This document shows positions 1 through 16,574 of a DNA stretch of 64,000 nucleotides, one piece after another. The notes beneath the pieces are model-generated. The model saw only the letters and a list, made by a program, of their open reading frames with translations. It was not told the origin of the DNA and ran no database searches. The first letter of the stretch is position 1. Each line of letters opens with the position of its first letter. Source of the stretch: the human T2T-CHM13v2.0 reference genome, Homo sapiens; assembly GCF_009914755.1 (NCBI RefSeq), contig NC_060926.1. One strand, given 5' to 3'. Both the position numbers and the translations under genes were made by a program.

Positions 1-572
1 CACTCAGAATGTGGGAATCCAGGTGTGAAGTGTCTGATTAAAAGTCTCCACTTGTTTTGCTAGGTACTATTACATAGTTGTGTTTTTCCCTCTGGCTTTA
101 TTTGTCCATCTTTAGAGAATATTTTTTTTTTTAACCTGAGGAGATGTTAGACTAATCTGTAAAACTTAAAGGAAATACCTGTGCAACAAAATTTTGGGTG
201 GTGGGATCTAGGCATGTGTGTGCTTCAAAAGCTCCACAGGCAGTTCAGATTCATACACCGAGTTAGGTTCCATTGGTCCAGAATTTGAGATCCATGCATC
301 TTGGTGGCATGGTGGTGGTTTCGAGTTGGGACTGACCACTTATGGCTCTGGCCTGCTGCTTGGGCATTTCCTGTGTTTTTCTGCTGTGGGTTGGTAGCAA
401 GGAGAGGTTGTACTTGGGCAGCTTTGCCTCCAGTGCTTTTCAGGGCAAGCCAGGGAGAGATCTTCTTGGTGAAGAAGTGTGAATAACACCGACTTTTGTG
501 TGCTGCAAATACCAACCAATCTCTGAACAGCACCCCCCGCCCCCCGCCATTACTTAATCTAGAAACAAGTGA

Positions 573-632
573 ATGATTGAATTTCTCCTTGCTTTTTGGT
601 TTATGATTGAATTTCTCCTTGCTTTTTGGTTT
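573..632. repeat. Perfect 30-bp tandem duplication
   Basis: ATGATTGAATTTCTCCTTGCTTTTTGGTTT x2. Confidence 0.95.
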
Positions 633-3242
633 CTTTGAAATGAAGGGTTATCACATATGATAGAAAGCTTACATTCAGAATTTAATCAGGCTATGTAAAA
701 AAGATAGATGTGACATATGTAAGAAGTCATGACTTTATTTACATATTAATGTTGAAGAATGGCACGAAACTAGTCAAGTGACTGAACTGACTTGGTGTGA
801 AAAGTACTTTTAACATTATCTCAACCACCCGTGATTCTTCTTAATGATCTCAGTAGCTCATTTTCTGAAAGAAGGTTGTAATTATAATCTGTGGTTTTGT
901 GTTTTCCACTCATTACTTAATTTTAACTTGCTGGTTAAATAATGATTATTGTGGCTTTTCTTTGTATAGGCAGAGCTAACACTAGATGATTATCTTGGCT
1001 GTTTGCAACTTTAGGAAACTTTGATGTGGAAATTGACTGATTTCCAGGCTGCTAAATATCATGTACTAGTAAAATTTAAATAAACTAAATAGGTGGTAAG
1101 AACAACATGAAACTGTCATTTTATTTGGTTAGGTTGTTTAAAAATAAAGCAGATTGACAGAGCTCTCAACTATTGTCTTCATCATTATTAAAAGGAAGTA
1201 TGTTTTAATTCCCAAAAAGAATAGGGTGAATTCTTAGTAGAACAGTTCTTTAATTGAGCCTTACGATAGGTTCATCATGTTATATTTACTTCCTTATTCA
1301 TGTATGGGAACCACTTTATAGAAGATTAAAATTTTTCCAAGTTGGAAAGCTTTAGAACCTGATCGTTGTAGTATGTCCCACCCTAAAGTTTTAGTATCAT
1401 TAGCAGGACCGGTGTCAGTGCTAGTTATAACTGAGAAAATATTTTATATGTGTTTTGCTTGTCTTTCTGGTAAGCTGGAGGCTATTTTTTATATTTATAT
1501 GTTTCTGGAATAAAACATTTTCTTCAAGGTGATACAAGTGTAAGGGCCTTCCTGAGCAAATGGCTTTCTCTAAAAGATGAGGAGACTTTTGCCCCCATCC
1601 TAAAATCTTCCTTGTAGAGGACATGCGTTATATGACAATTTATATTACATTATTTTAGGATCTTAAATACAGTGTATACATTTCCTGAAGGGGAGAAGTA
1701 CTTAAACTGTGAGTTGACTTTAAGTGAAGTTGACACAAGTGGAAGGGTAACTTTATTATAGTTCCACCGTGCTTCTCACTTCCGTTTGACAAATGAAGAA
1801 GTGGATACTTGCACTCGTCAAGAGGGTATCCATTGTTTCTAAGATTACCCACAAAATAATTTGGTGCATTATTTTGATACTTCATAATATAGTCATATAA
1901 AAGTACAAGTGTATTCTGAGTTAATTCTTGATAAATTACAAACAAGAAATAGAAATACTGCATGGATATTTGAAGTAATTAGCTCAATTATATTTAGCTT
2001 TGGGATGCATTCATCAAGATCCATCATTTTTCTTTGGGTCATTGTGCACTGTGAGAAAAATTGAGCTAGGGACGATGGCTAAGATTTCACCTAGTTACAA
2101 ATACATCCTTGGACCCCCACCCCTCCTCCCCTCCTCTCATTTTCTCACCTGTGTATTGAATACAAATGTTTGTTGGGAAAACTGTACATAAAGTATGAAG
2201 CTAAAAGTGCATACGGTCTTCTGCCTCCAGACCTAACAATTGGATATATAGCCTTCTTGACCCTAACGGTGCAGCTATATCATTTATATAAATGGAATAA
2301 TTTTTATATGCATCATTCTTCAGTATGTTCTTGTTATTGAACAGAATAATGTCCGTGCTTAATCTGCTGTGGCATCATAGTGTTCTACTGTATTTTATCA
2401 GAATTTATGTAGCTAATCCTTTATTGATTAGATTTCTAGTTTTTTTTTTTAATTACAGTGAACATCTTCATATATATTTGCATTTTTGTACAACTATTTC
2501 TATTAGGATAAATCCTAAGTAGAATTGTTGAATCAAATGTCAATAGATCTAACCAAATTGCCTTCAGTAAAGGCCAGTTTATGCTTGAACCACCAGAGAG
2601 AGCCTCTCAATCCCTATGCCCAGACACTCTACCAGCTTTGTTGGTTCAAGTTTAGTCCTGATACATTTCTTTTTAACTTCAAGATTTGGGTGTAGAGTAA
2701 ACTGTACCTTTGGTTACTCTGTAATATACCCTGTATGGCATTCATGAGGTTTGATGGTTTTAGAATTGATGCTATTAAGTTATCCTTTCTCTGGGATTAG
2801 ATAAATTATTTTAACTTTTATGCTTGACTTTTTAACTTTAGCCCCTGTCTTCTTAAACTCTCTAAACCAAGATTTCTTCCATTTTTATGAAAATAAAACA
2901 ATAAAATATTTAATCTACGGTAGTGTTTTATTGAACTTCTTAGAATTTCACTATTCAACTGTTCGTTAAAGAACTTAAAGTTGATACTTTCTTGTTCAGG
3001 ACTGGGTCTATTGCATTATATTATGTTAGTTTTTTTAACTTGTTTCTTTCAGCCTCTTGTGGTCCAGCTACTTCAATGCCATTGTTGGTCTCATAAGTCA
3101 AGATCATCAGGCCTCGTTCAGTATTTAAATGTAGATGTCCTGCCTTGTATAGAGATAGAACTTTAGATATTAATTTATGGTGGTGAATGTGTGCCACATG
3201 TTGACATCTGACTATCATTTTTTTCTGTTTTCTTATTTTCAG

Positions 3243-3354
3243 GCAGAGGCAGAGGTGAATGTGGTTTCTACCAAAGAAGTTTTGATGAAGTAGAGGGTGT
3301 TTTTGGTCGAGGAGGTGGCAGAGAAATGCATAGATCGCAGAGCTGGGAGGAAAG
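3243..3354 (+). CDS. GIGYF2: GIGYF2 coding exon (RGRGECGFYQRSFDEVEGVFGRGGGREMHRSQSWEE)
   Basis: Polypyrimidine tract and CAG acceptor ending 3242; AAG|GTAACT donor; 112 nt; translation recognised as GIGYF2 and in frame with the next exon. Confidence 0.95.
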
Positions 3355-4158
3355 GTAACTGGATCCACATATTGGCATAAAAATTTCTTGGCATATAAAA
3401 CTTATATTTTTTGCTTTCTGCGGGGAGAAATGTTTTTGTACAGTTAAAGGGTTTCATTTTAAAAAATGCTCTTAAGTATTGAACATCAAGTTGTACATTA
3501 GAAATTTTTAAATGATTCTTATTTAAAGGAAGACGGATTCTAGATAGATAGGTTAATATATGAGTGCCAGCATAGTTAATTTGATTTGGTATTTGATAGC
3601 AAATACCAAATTGTCATGTTATTGTTTGTTGGTATTAGTAAAAGTATCTTCTCTCTATATTGTTTGTGGCTTTATATGAAGTCTGTCAAGATGAGTGGGG
3701 GCAATTGCACAAAGATATCTGTACAAGAATGTTCACTATGATGATATTTATAATACAAAATAATTTGAAATAAGCCAAACAGATTGATGTTGGCCTTATA
3801 TAATTGTATATCCACAAAGTAGGATATTAATATGAGCATTAGAGGTGTTTTTGAAAATATTTAATGATGTGGGAAAACACATTCTAAGAGCAGTATATAA
3901 AACTGTATACTATGTATCTAATTTAAAAAATAATATTTTGGGTCAATAGAAACAGCTTTTGGTAGGTGAGGGGATGGATATTTTTCTTTTTATCTTTGTG
4001 CTTTTCTATATTTTCGAAATATTAGGCAATAACTATGTATTTATTTGTTTTGTAATTTGAAGAAGAAATGCTTTTAGAAAAATGGGAAAGTGAGTGTCAC
4101 AGATAGGAAATCTATATCACTGTGAGACTTTGTTTGAAACTTATTTTTTCTTTTCCAG

Positions 4159-4199
4159 GGGTGACAGACGTTTTGAAAAACCAGGACGAAAAGATGTAG
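4159..4199 (+). CDS. GIGYF2: GIGYF2 41-nt coding exon (RGDRRFEKPGRKDV)
   Basis: ttttcttttccAG acceptor; TAG|GTAAGG donor; phase 2->1 fits both neighbouring exons. Confidence 0.95.
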
Positions 4200-4908
4200 G
4201 TAAGGTTCTTACCTACACACATAAGGATAAATTTATTAAAAATTGACTCAGTTACCTGCACCTCTCCAGTAGATGGGGCTGCAGCATTTCCTGCATTTAA
4301 ACTTCCACGGTTATTTGAAGTCTCTACTGCATGAAACCAGAGATGATGAATACAGCCATTAGGATTTACTTGACTTGGTCTGTGTGTTCTCTGCAAGGCA
4401 TATATTCTTTATTAAGGCCAATTTGTGAACTGAAGACTCAAGTTAGGAACCAATCTACTAACTCTTTTTCTAGTGTAGATAGCATCTCACAGATGAGAAG
4501 AAATAGGGCAAATGCTAAAATCTTTGCTTTTGTATCAGAGAACAAAGGCCAAAACTATGAATGTTCTTAATTTACTAATTTATTCATTTGGCCTTTTTGC
4601 TGTATAGTCCTTTTTTTTTTTTCTTGTTTTGTGATGAGAACAAAAAAAAAAATAACTCAGATAAATTGCAGTTAAGGTAGCCACTGAAGAGGAACATAAT
4701 AAAGGAACAGGATTCCATTGTTTATGATGAATTAATCATAATTTGTATTTAAATTTGTATTTAAATACATAATTTATATTTAAAGAATTTATACTGTTAA
4801 GATGAGCTTCCTAGCTGATTAAAGGTACTACCTTACAAACTACCAGTAGGTATTAACATCTGAGGAGAAAATAATGCCAATTCATGGTACCATGAATTGG
4901 TACTATGA

Positions 4909-5313
<405 letters not shown>

Positions 5314-5524
5314 GTGGTAAATATTTCTTATAAACAAATGTTAAATATGTAAATACCATTCACAGACTGACTTGCAGATTGTTTTAAAAACTAAGTAATT
5401 TTAACAGTCAGCTTTGTATCACTGTTTCTGTTAAAAACTTAAAGATATCAATAATTAAAATTTCTCATTTATGAATGTGGCATTGGGAATACGTAGTTAT
5501 ATTTATATTAATGAAAACCGTTAA

Positions 5525-5795
5525 GGCCAGGTGTGGTAGCTCATGCCTATAATCCCAGTGCTTTGGGAGGCCAAGGCAGGACAGCCTGGGAGACATGGTG
5601 AAACCATGTCTCTACAAAAAAGTACAAAAATTAGACCTGCATGATGGTATGTGCCTGTAGTCCCAGCTACTTGGGAGGCCATCATGTGATGGGAGGATAG
5701 CTTGAGCCCAAGAAGTCGAGGCTGCAGTGAGCCGTGATCACACCATTGCACTCTCTAGCCCAGGTGACAGAGTGAGACCCTGTCAAAAAAAAAAT
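5525..5795 (+). mobile_element. Alu (AluJ-like)
   Basis: GGCCAGGTGTGGTAGCTCATGCC... with an A tail. Confidence 0.9.
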
Positions 5796-6084
5796 TAAAG
5801 GTGTGTAGCATGAGGAAATTGGGAACAGACTAGGTAGATAGTTTATTGTTAGCTTTAGCCATATTGTAGACTGTTGGATTAACATAATCATGGGGGGCTT
5901 GTCAAGACCTCTGCTCCCATCCTTGTCTGATTCAGTACTTTTGCCATGAATATGTAGAGGGGATGAACAGTAGTTTAAAGAGTACAGGATTTGCAATCAG
6001 AAGATCATGGTTATTCTAAGCTCTCAGATCTCATTAGTCTCATAATAAAATGAGTGATAATGCCTTACAGAATTTTTAGGATTA

Positions 6085-6719
<635 letters not shown>

Positions 6720-9224
6720 TAAATAAGAGCATATGAACTCATTTATTCATTCAACAAATATTAAATTCTCACTTATGTGCTAGGTGCAAAATATTTCTTT
6801 AGAGGATATTGTTGGTATGCTGATCAGATTTTCAAATCATTCAATATTGTGAGGGATATCTATGGAGTGGAACAGTTAGGACATGGGATCAGAATCAAGG
6901 TGAATCGAGACCAAATCTAATCAAATGGGGCATTTTAACAGCAGAAATGAAAAGTCTTACATAAGGAAATTACAGAATTTAAGGAGTGGCTGCATGTAAA
7001 AGCAGCCTTCTGTGGAAAGGATACAACCCTCTCAGTGACTCTGGGCTTCATGTTCATCAGCGGTGTGCTGATGTCCTCTCAGCCATGGGCAGTATTTACT
7101 AAAGTGTCCTCAGTGAGTCAGGTGATAGGCCCATTGTCTTTTATGTTGTCACAGGCAAGCCTAAGCATTGTGTTCACTTCTGGGACCACCCCTTGAAAGG
7201 GTCCACACATTTGAGTAGGAGGGCTGGGGCATTTGAAGCCTTGCGATGGGAACTGTGTGAAGGAAATGGAGCTGTTTAGATAGGAGACAAGATTGTGGAC
7301 AGGGCAGAGTGGGGAGGAGGGCTTATAGGGTCACTCTCTATCAATACCTGCCTACTAATCATGATCATGTGAGGTGAGGACTTAGACTTGATCTGTATGT
7401 TTCTAAAGGGCAGAAAAGGGCTAACTGTTGGAAGGTTCAAGGGGGCAGGTATTGGACACAATCTTAAAAGATCTAATTATTAGAATTGTCTGAAAATGGC
7501 TTGGGTTGCCTTGGGAAAGTAGTGAGTTGATAGAACAATAGCCTGGTTTTAACTGTTCACACATATTCACACTTTGGTGGTTTGGAATAGTCAAGTTTAG
7601 TCGTTGTTATTTGTGGTTTTCATATTTTAACTATATTAATCCAATGAGGGTAATTTTCTTAGCCACCCTCTATTAAAGGTAAAGGTTCTTTTATTTACAT
7701 CCCATTGGTATATCTTTGAAAAGGCAGGTTCCATAAAACTAAACTAACATGAAGTATCTCAGAATATTAAGGATACTAACTTCTAGTTAGTATCTACTAT
7801 TATATAACTGCTAGTATACTAAAATATCATGGTAATTTCCACATACATACATATTCTAATATGTCATAGTCACTTTGATTGAATGCTTTTTGAAAAGATG
7901 CTCACTTCAGGTTAACTGCTAAAGATTCTGAGCTTTTACTTTTTGGAAGTAATCCACTTTTGTTGACGATAATGTAGGTCTTTAAAAAACATTGTTCATA
8001 ATTATATCTTACACTCTCCAAGAGTAGCAATACTAAACTAGTTTGTTCAGGCACACTGATACATTGATCAGTATGAGGTCAATATGAGTATATTGTGAGA
8101 TATCCTACGACATCACATTAAGACAGTTCAAGTACTGAAGATTCCAGGATGATCTATTCTTTTTAAAATTAGGAATGATGCTTACCATGTATTTGCTTCT
8201 CATGAAAAGAGAAATGGGTAGAATTACAGACATCTTTAGATGTAAGATGTCTTGTAAGATGTAAGAAGCTTGCATAACCCCTGTGAACAACCATAGGAGA
8301 ATGTGAAGGTGGAAAAATGTCTTTGATACTAGAATTAGAATTCCTACTCAGTAGGAATTGATTGTGCACAGGGGGAGATCAGTTCTGGTGCCCATCTTAT
8401 GGTATGATTCTGTAAGGGTGAAATGAAAGGATTATTAAAAAATAATCCATATGATACCGGTTCACTCAGCCCAGTGCAATACAAATTAGTGTATTTTGGT
8501 ATGAAGTACTTGTTAATAGACATAGCAATTTTTGGTTATAGACTCTTCTGGTACTTGGTAGTATGGGCTTGTACATATGTAAAACTAGGCCCCTGAGATT
8601 TTTAGGTAACGACATGCCTCCAGTTTGTTGAAACTGTCATGCTATCTTTATCAGTTTCCAAAGGAACGTTTAAAGTTAGTTCCGAAGTAGTCTTCCTGAT
8701 CATGTGTGCAAGACTTCATGACCAAGCTCCCAGATGATCCAGGTTAGTGAGCTGCACATCCAGAAAGGCAGAGCAGCCATTCCTCCCTCCCAGTAATTTC
8801 CGCCCTTTTTCCATTGTTACTTCCTTTTCCTCAGAGGATAATGGTCTTTCTATAGAAAACCTAATCCTTAACCTAGAAACTGTGATTTGAAATAAGTGAA
8901 AGAAACAATGAACAGTCCTCCCAGAAACTTTCTATCTCCTGCAAAAAAGTTTTGGATCACGTTTCTTATAGATTTATAAAGTGTTTATTAAATAACAGTA
9001 GTTTACCAATAGTTTTTTTTGGCATGTGTAGGGGAAGTCATATTTAGTTTTCAAATGCCAAATTTATTATAAACAGTAAGTATAATATGAAACTCATCTG
9101 ACTTAAATGGAACCTTAGATCTCAGGTTTTACTCATTCACTTATGTCACCTTGGGCAGCTTCACTTAACAAGCGAGAGGGTGAACTGTGTAAGTGATGTA
9201 GTGCCTTTAGGAAAAAACATACCA

Positions 9225-10953
9225 TGTAAGTCTTCAATACTACTTTATTTTCAAAGGTTAGGTGAATCTTGTTAATTTATTATAGAAATAAGAATTCTTG
9301 CTGTCTTTATGTGTTACAATAGTCTTGGGTTGGGAAAATCTGTTGGTCTGATTTCTACTTAAGAATGAATGTCTAAGATTTTCAAACAGCAAAAGTTCAC
9401 AATAATTAAGTTTCTGTGTTCTTGATATTCTTCTGCTATTATCAGTCTTAGACCACTCCAGAGTTCTTCTTTATTTTCTTTTCCTTTTGGTCAAATAGTA
9501 GAAAAATGTGACTTGCTGCTGAGCCCTGCTCTTCACACCTGCTTGCCTTTACTCAGCTAGTATTTATTTCAAGAGATGATTCCTGCCTAGGTCATCACCA
9601 GTGGGGAAGGTTAATCTTTCATTTTTCCCACAGAAACCTGAATAAGGGAAATTTCAGAAAAGAACAGCCACAAATCTGTTTGAAACCTGATAGGGTGACT
9701 TTTTTGGTTTTTGTTTTGTTTTAAGGACAGTTTCTCTTTTTTTTATTGAAATGAAAATCATGCAAATGATCATCTTAAACTGGACATAAGGGAAAGGGCT
9801 CATTTTAGCATAGATAAAATAAAAAACAGAGGAAACATAATTTTTATAGACTATTAGATTTAGAAAGAAATAATAGAGTTCATCTAGTCCAACCTCCTAC
9901 TGGTGAATAAACACTGATTTTGTGTTTATAGAAAAAACTATTTGAAGTTGGAAACAGGAATTTGAGTTTGAAAATGCTTTGTTGCCTAATTATCTTTTGC
10001 TTTATCTACTGTAGATTTTTTTCCCTACTCACTCAAGTTATATCTAAGTAAAGCTTTATATCTATAAAGACTTAAATATATTTTTGTATTTATGAATTAG
10101 AGCCATCATGATGTTTTATATGATCAAATGAATCATACATAGGAGGGGAATGTTTTTACTTAGGTTGCTAGAAGTCATTTAGATGAATCACCGTTTGATT
10201 ATTATGGAGGACAGTTTTAAAATAAAATTTTGCGTCTCCTTGCAATGCAAAATACCACCCCACAGGTTCCATTTGGGCTGGAGCTTATCTGATCACCTTC
10301 TGCCACAAATAAGTGAACATATATGTATGTGTTCGGGTGTCATGTTCAAATGCTTTTAGGTTTATGTATAAATCTGTACTTTGTTGTTTTTCTCGTTAAT
10401 TTTTGTTCTTAGTTGTTAAAAATTAAGGAGGTAATACTTACTCAAGTTTCATAGTATAAAGAACCAAATGAATGATCTTTGTTGTCTTGAAAAAAATCCC
10501 AGCTCTTAAAGGATATTCACTAAGTATAGTGAAGTCGTCATTCCACCCAGGGAGCTAGGTTTGAAACTAAACTGTTGCTTCAATTTGCAGATGAAAATGA
10601 GAGATTAATGGTTGATTTTCTTAGAGTTCAGTTGTGTTAAACTTCACTGTCCATTTTGCCTTCATTACTAGTATCATACCACATTCTTATAAATTCACCA
10701 GCAACATTTCTGTATAAGTGTCTGTCAAGTTGAGTTACATTGATTTCAGCAGGTAACAAACTTTGTAATGTAGAGTGTTATGTTTCCAGAATGTGTATTG
10801 TTAGCTCAGCCATTCTTATGTAGGCATAGGCATGATTACCGTGATGTAGAGAGCTATAATTAGCATTGAAAAAAGAAAACATGAGATACAGTAAAGAAAA
10901 AGTAGCTGCATAACTGGCTGGGTGTATTTAATACATTAAAAAATGGATAAGTC
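9225..10953 (-). other. KCNJ13: KCNJ13 3' UTR (3' end approximate)
   Basis: AU-rich, repeat-poor sequence after the stop codon; several minus-strand AATAAA hexamers. Confidence 0.65.
9244..9249 (-). terminator. Candidate KCNJ13 polyadenylation signal
   Basis: AATAAA on the minus strand followed about 20-35 nt downstream by a GU/U-rich element (GGTATGTTTTTT). Confidence 0.55.
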
Positions 10954-11616
<663 letters not shown>

Positions 11617-12011
11617 TTAAATATCAATACTTTTTCTGAATGACAAGTGTATATCAAATATTTACACATTTCTTGGTGCCATGCCTTTCAGTGAGTCAGG
11701 AATTGAACTCATTGTTAATTTGGTCAGTCTTATTTGCCTGAAGCATTTTTCAAAGTACATTTCTGTTTAAAAACCATGATTTCAGAATAGATAAGCAAAA
11801 TGATTTTGTTACAGAGAAATGTAAAACTTCATCCTCTAGTTTCTTACAAAGTCAAAGAATTGGTCATTTCCTATATTCCTGCCTGTGCTTAAAAAAAAGT
11901 AATAGAAAATAAATGCAACTTGGCTACAGCCAGATTACGTTGAAGTAGAGACTAGGTTCAGAGTAGAATGATTTGGGATGGGGAGGGGACCAATAGAATG
12001 AGTGATATTTT

Positions 12012-12290
12012 GGCCAGGCATGGTGTCTCACGCCTGTAATCCCGGCACTTTGGGAGCCCGAGGCGGGCGGGTCATTTGAGGTCAGGAGTTTGAGACCAGC
12101 CTGGCCAACATCATGAAACCCCGTCTCTACTAAAAATACAAAAATTAGCTGGGTCTGGTGGCACATGCCTGTAATCCCAGCTACTCAGGAGGCTGAGGCA
12201 GGAGATTGCAGTGAGCCAAGTTTGTAGCACTGCACTCCAGCCTGGGCAACAGAGGAAGACTCCATCTCAAAAAAAAAAAAAAAAAAAAAA
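12012..12290 (+). mobile_element. AluS with a right-arm deletion, in KCNJ13 intron 2
   Basis: Alu consensus, A tail, TSD AGTGATATTTT. Confidence 0.9.
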
Positions 12291-13588
12291 GTGATATTTT
12301 GAAGAATTTTTAAACTTTGAAACGTATTTTTAAACTTTGAAACTCAGAAACCTTTTGTGGGGCAGGGGAGGACTGACTATCAGGTAATTTCAGTGCACCT
12401 TTCAGGTCTATCTTCCTTGTGCCCTAAGCTATATATAAGAGTTTCTTAATCAGTTTTGTGCCACAGATTTTGTTGGCGGGCTGTTGGTAAGGTCTAAGAA
12501 GTAAGTACTTACCAGAATTATGTTTTAAGTGCTTAAAAGTAAAATATAAAAGAAACCAAATTATTGAAATTCAGTTGAACATTTAAGAAATGTTATTATA
12601 GTACTATATGTGCCTTACTGATACATTAAATAACAGTCTAGTGGTGGTTTTAGTACTGTGATTTTCAAGTATTCTGGTTTGATATGACAAAATATTTATG
12701 ATTTCTGTTTGAATCAAAGCTACTAATACTGCTGGTGGTATTGTTTTTTGTTGCCTGTAGGAGATGCCAAATTTCAATTAGTGGTTAGTGCCAAGAGATA
12801 CAAGTTTTTCCCATATAAGTTTATAGACCCCCTTAATTGTATGCAAAGGACTGACCCAGTATAGGAACTCTTGTTGTAGAAGTTTGTGATTTGCAGGTTA
12901 TAGAGCTGGTTGGTAGCACACTGGGATTTCATTCCAGATCATTCTTCATACGGCCCAATGCTTACCTTCTCAGATTATTATTGAATAGTATATTAAAGCC
13001 AAGTTTTCTTTTGAAATTATGTATGTCACATAAAAAGGGCACTAGTCCTCCTTTAAAGGAAAGAGTTTTCTGTGTTCATGAGCAAAATTTCATAATCTTT
13101 GTGGACATATTTCCAGTGCATTTTGCTAAGAATGTGTATACATAACTTGTTCTCTAACATATAATGCTGACTGTGGTGTTCTGGGCTCACTGGCATAAAG
13201 TAAATGTTGAAAAGATGAACTCATAGGAGGGAATTCTAGCTCAGTGAAGAAAAAAAACCAAATTCTTTTGTTAGGTAAAATGACTGTCAAAATAGGTATT
13301 GAATGTATTTATTTATGTATTTGACAAAATGATTAGCTTCAGTGAAAACCTCCTTTTAAACCTTTTGTTAATTTTTTTTTTTTGATATGGGATATTTCTG
13401 CAATTTAGTATCATACTGATCTCTTTTTTCTTAAGTAGTTACAGTAAGTAAAATTTTGGCATTGAGACAGGTTCCTTATGCATTTCTCCTATTTTTTTTG
13501 GCTCTAAACTGTTTCTTTTCTATCTTAGACATTACCTGCTATCAATATAGATAAATTATTCTGTAACAGCATTACTTATAACTGACTA

Positions 13589-14158
<570 letters not shown>

Positions 14159-14759
14159 TTAGTAAGCTCTTAACTGTTTTATAGTTAATGTTTGTGAATT
14201 TGGAGAGCTCATGGACTTTCTGCTTTCTTGGGAATGCTTCTCTAACCACAACTTTGCCAACTCTCTCGCTTTTCTCTTCACGTTAGATGGCATTTACTAA
14301 GTCATTCATTTGGGAGCTAATTGTGTGTTACCTTAAAATATCTCTTCTATTGTTTCTTTGAATGACAGTTAAAACATTGTTTAACACTTAAACATTTTCT
14401 AAGTATATTTTAGAATTCCTGTAGGTAGAGATTATATACCCCTGTGTCTTCCTTGCACAAGTCCGGGTGTCAAGCATTTATTGATTTGACCAAATATTGT
14501 GTATAAAGACTAGCATTTCATAGTTAATTTATAATTATGCATTATTCATAATTAAAAGGGGTATGTTTAAATATGTAAGTGTTCTTCTGTGTAAATAATT
14601 AGAAGTCATTTGGAAGCTTATTATTAAACTGTCTGCAAATCCTTTGAAGCCAGATTTAGTATAGGACAAGGCTTACATTTGTGGTAAGCTTTTAGAGGTT
14701 TGTAGTTCTAATGTATGCTTTATAATTAGCCTATTCAGAGTTTGATTTATTGATTTGTA

Positions 14760-14976
14760 TTTTTAGAGACAGGGTCTTGCTCTGTCTCCTAGGCTGGAGT
14801 GCAGTGGCACAATCATAGCTCACTGCAACCTCAGCAAATTTTTAGAATTTTAATTTTTGTTGGTACTGGGCTCAATATATTGCCTAGGCTGGTCTCAGAC
14901 TCCTGTTCTCAAGCCATCTTCCCACTTCAGCCTTCCAAAGCGCTGGGATTACAGGGGTGAGCCACCATACCTGGTC
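14760..14976 (-). mobile_element. AluJ with an internal deletion
   Basis: Reverse Alu sequence. Confidence 0.8.
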
Positions 14977-16574
14977 TTATTTAGAGTTTTATGATTAGGC
15001 TTTATTTGTTTTTGTCACTTTGCAACCATGTTCGTGGATTCTTTCTGTCCTGGATGATGGATTGCTATCTCTTTGCATATTCTAGGCTCTGATTAGATTG
15101 GGGGGTAGAAAGAGAATTGTTTCTTGGCAAAATAAGAAATTCCAGGAAGACATTTCTGGATAGCATTAGCTTTAAAAGTAAGTAAACTAGAAGAAAAAGG
15201 TTGAATAGTTCAATGAACTAAAATAATCATTAAGGGGTTAAATAAGAATTTTAAAAAGATAACATTAGTATAATTAGTTTTCTGCTGCAAACAGTTTTCA
15301 TCAGTGGTTATCCTTTTCTCAAGGTGGTGAGTAGAAATCTAATGTGTGCCTTCCTTGTAATCATCCTTGCGTATGACAAAGGTGTCTTAAGACTTTAGTG
15401 TAGCAGTTACTAGGAACAGAACAGGAAATGCAGCTTTGCTTCCCTTGAGTGAGCCTCTCTTGTTTGCTACAATTCAGGACTATGAGTTTATATTTGACTG
15501 TCCTCTTTGCTTCTTCCTTTAGAGGTAGATACCCTTGAGAGTGCTGCATACCCACTTCCTGCCTTTTAATGGGGCTTGAGAAGGGCACTACAGACTTGTG
15601 GAGCTAGGTTGTTGCTTGGGTTTCCTAGTTCCTATATCTCGGGACTTTGAGGCTTTGGAGACTGCCTTTCTGTGTTGTTGGAATTGGATATTGGCCACCT
15701 GGGTATATACAACTTTCTTTTGCTCTGAGGTAACTTAACATTTATTGGTGATTAGAGACTTTTTTTTGTATTTTCTTCAGATTTGAGCTAATGGAACACT
15801 GGGATGATTGTTCAGTTTATTTAGGTTAGATGGCGATTTCAGTTTCATATGATATAGACTTTAAAAAATCTTAGTGCATTATTTTAATGTTTTATAACTT
15901 ATTACCCTAACAAGTTGTCATAATCATTTAGTGTATTCTTTTTTCTTGGCATAGCTACTTAATGACCCTTATTTTGTTAGATTATTTTTAAATGTTTTAG
16001 GAGACCTGATCTCTACGCTTTGGAAACAACAAAATCTTCATAGGCACTGTGATAACTGCTTTCATACTGTATTATCTCTTAATTCTTCAGTATCTCAACA
16101 AGATAGCCATTGTTCCCATTTTCAGATGAAGTCACTGGTGCTCAGACAGATAAAAGAAATTTACACAAGGCAAATAGGAGCTTTGGATTATTTGGATGGT
16201 TATTCAAGTCTAGCTAACTTCAAAGCCAGTTAATTTTTTTTTTTAATACAGGAAGCGTTTGGTGAAATAACAGTCTTTCCAAAAATGATTGATATTGCAT
16301 TCTCAAGAAGGTCTTTGATAGCCAAATTTCTAGCACCTTTAGTAGATGCCTTTCTTGCCCCTGAAACTGTCTCAAGTATCTGTATTAAACCATTGTTAAC
16401 TTTGTTCATGATTCTTTAGATAGTAATGATTAATAATATTAGCTAATATATATATTGTTTAGCATGTGCCAGGAATCATACCAAATACTTCATATGTACA
16501 AACTGATGTGAAGCCAGTGGCACAGAGTAAGCTCTCAGTAAAGTATTAGTTGCTTTATTGTTATTAAAAACGTG

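Noticed and set aside
225-533. 102-aa minus-strand ORF and an overlapping plus-strand ORF
   Set aside because: No recognisable protein similarity or splice structure; part of the sequence resembles a MER5-type relic.
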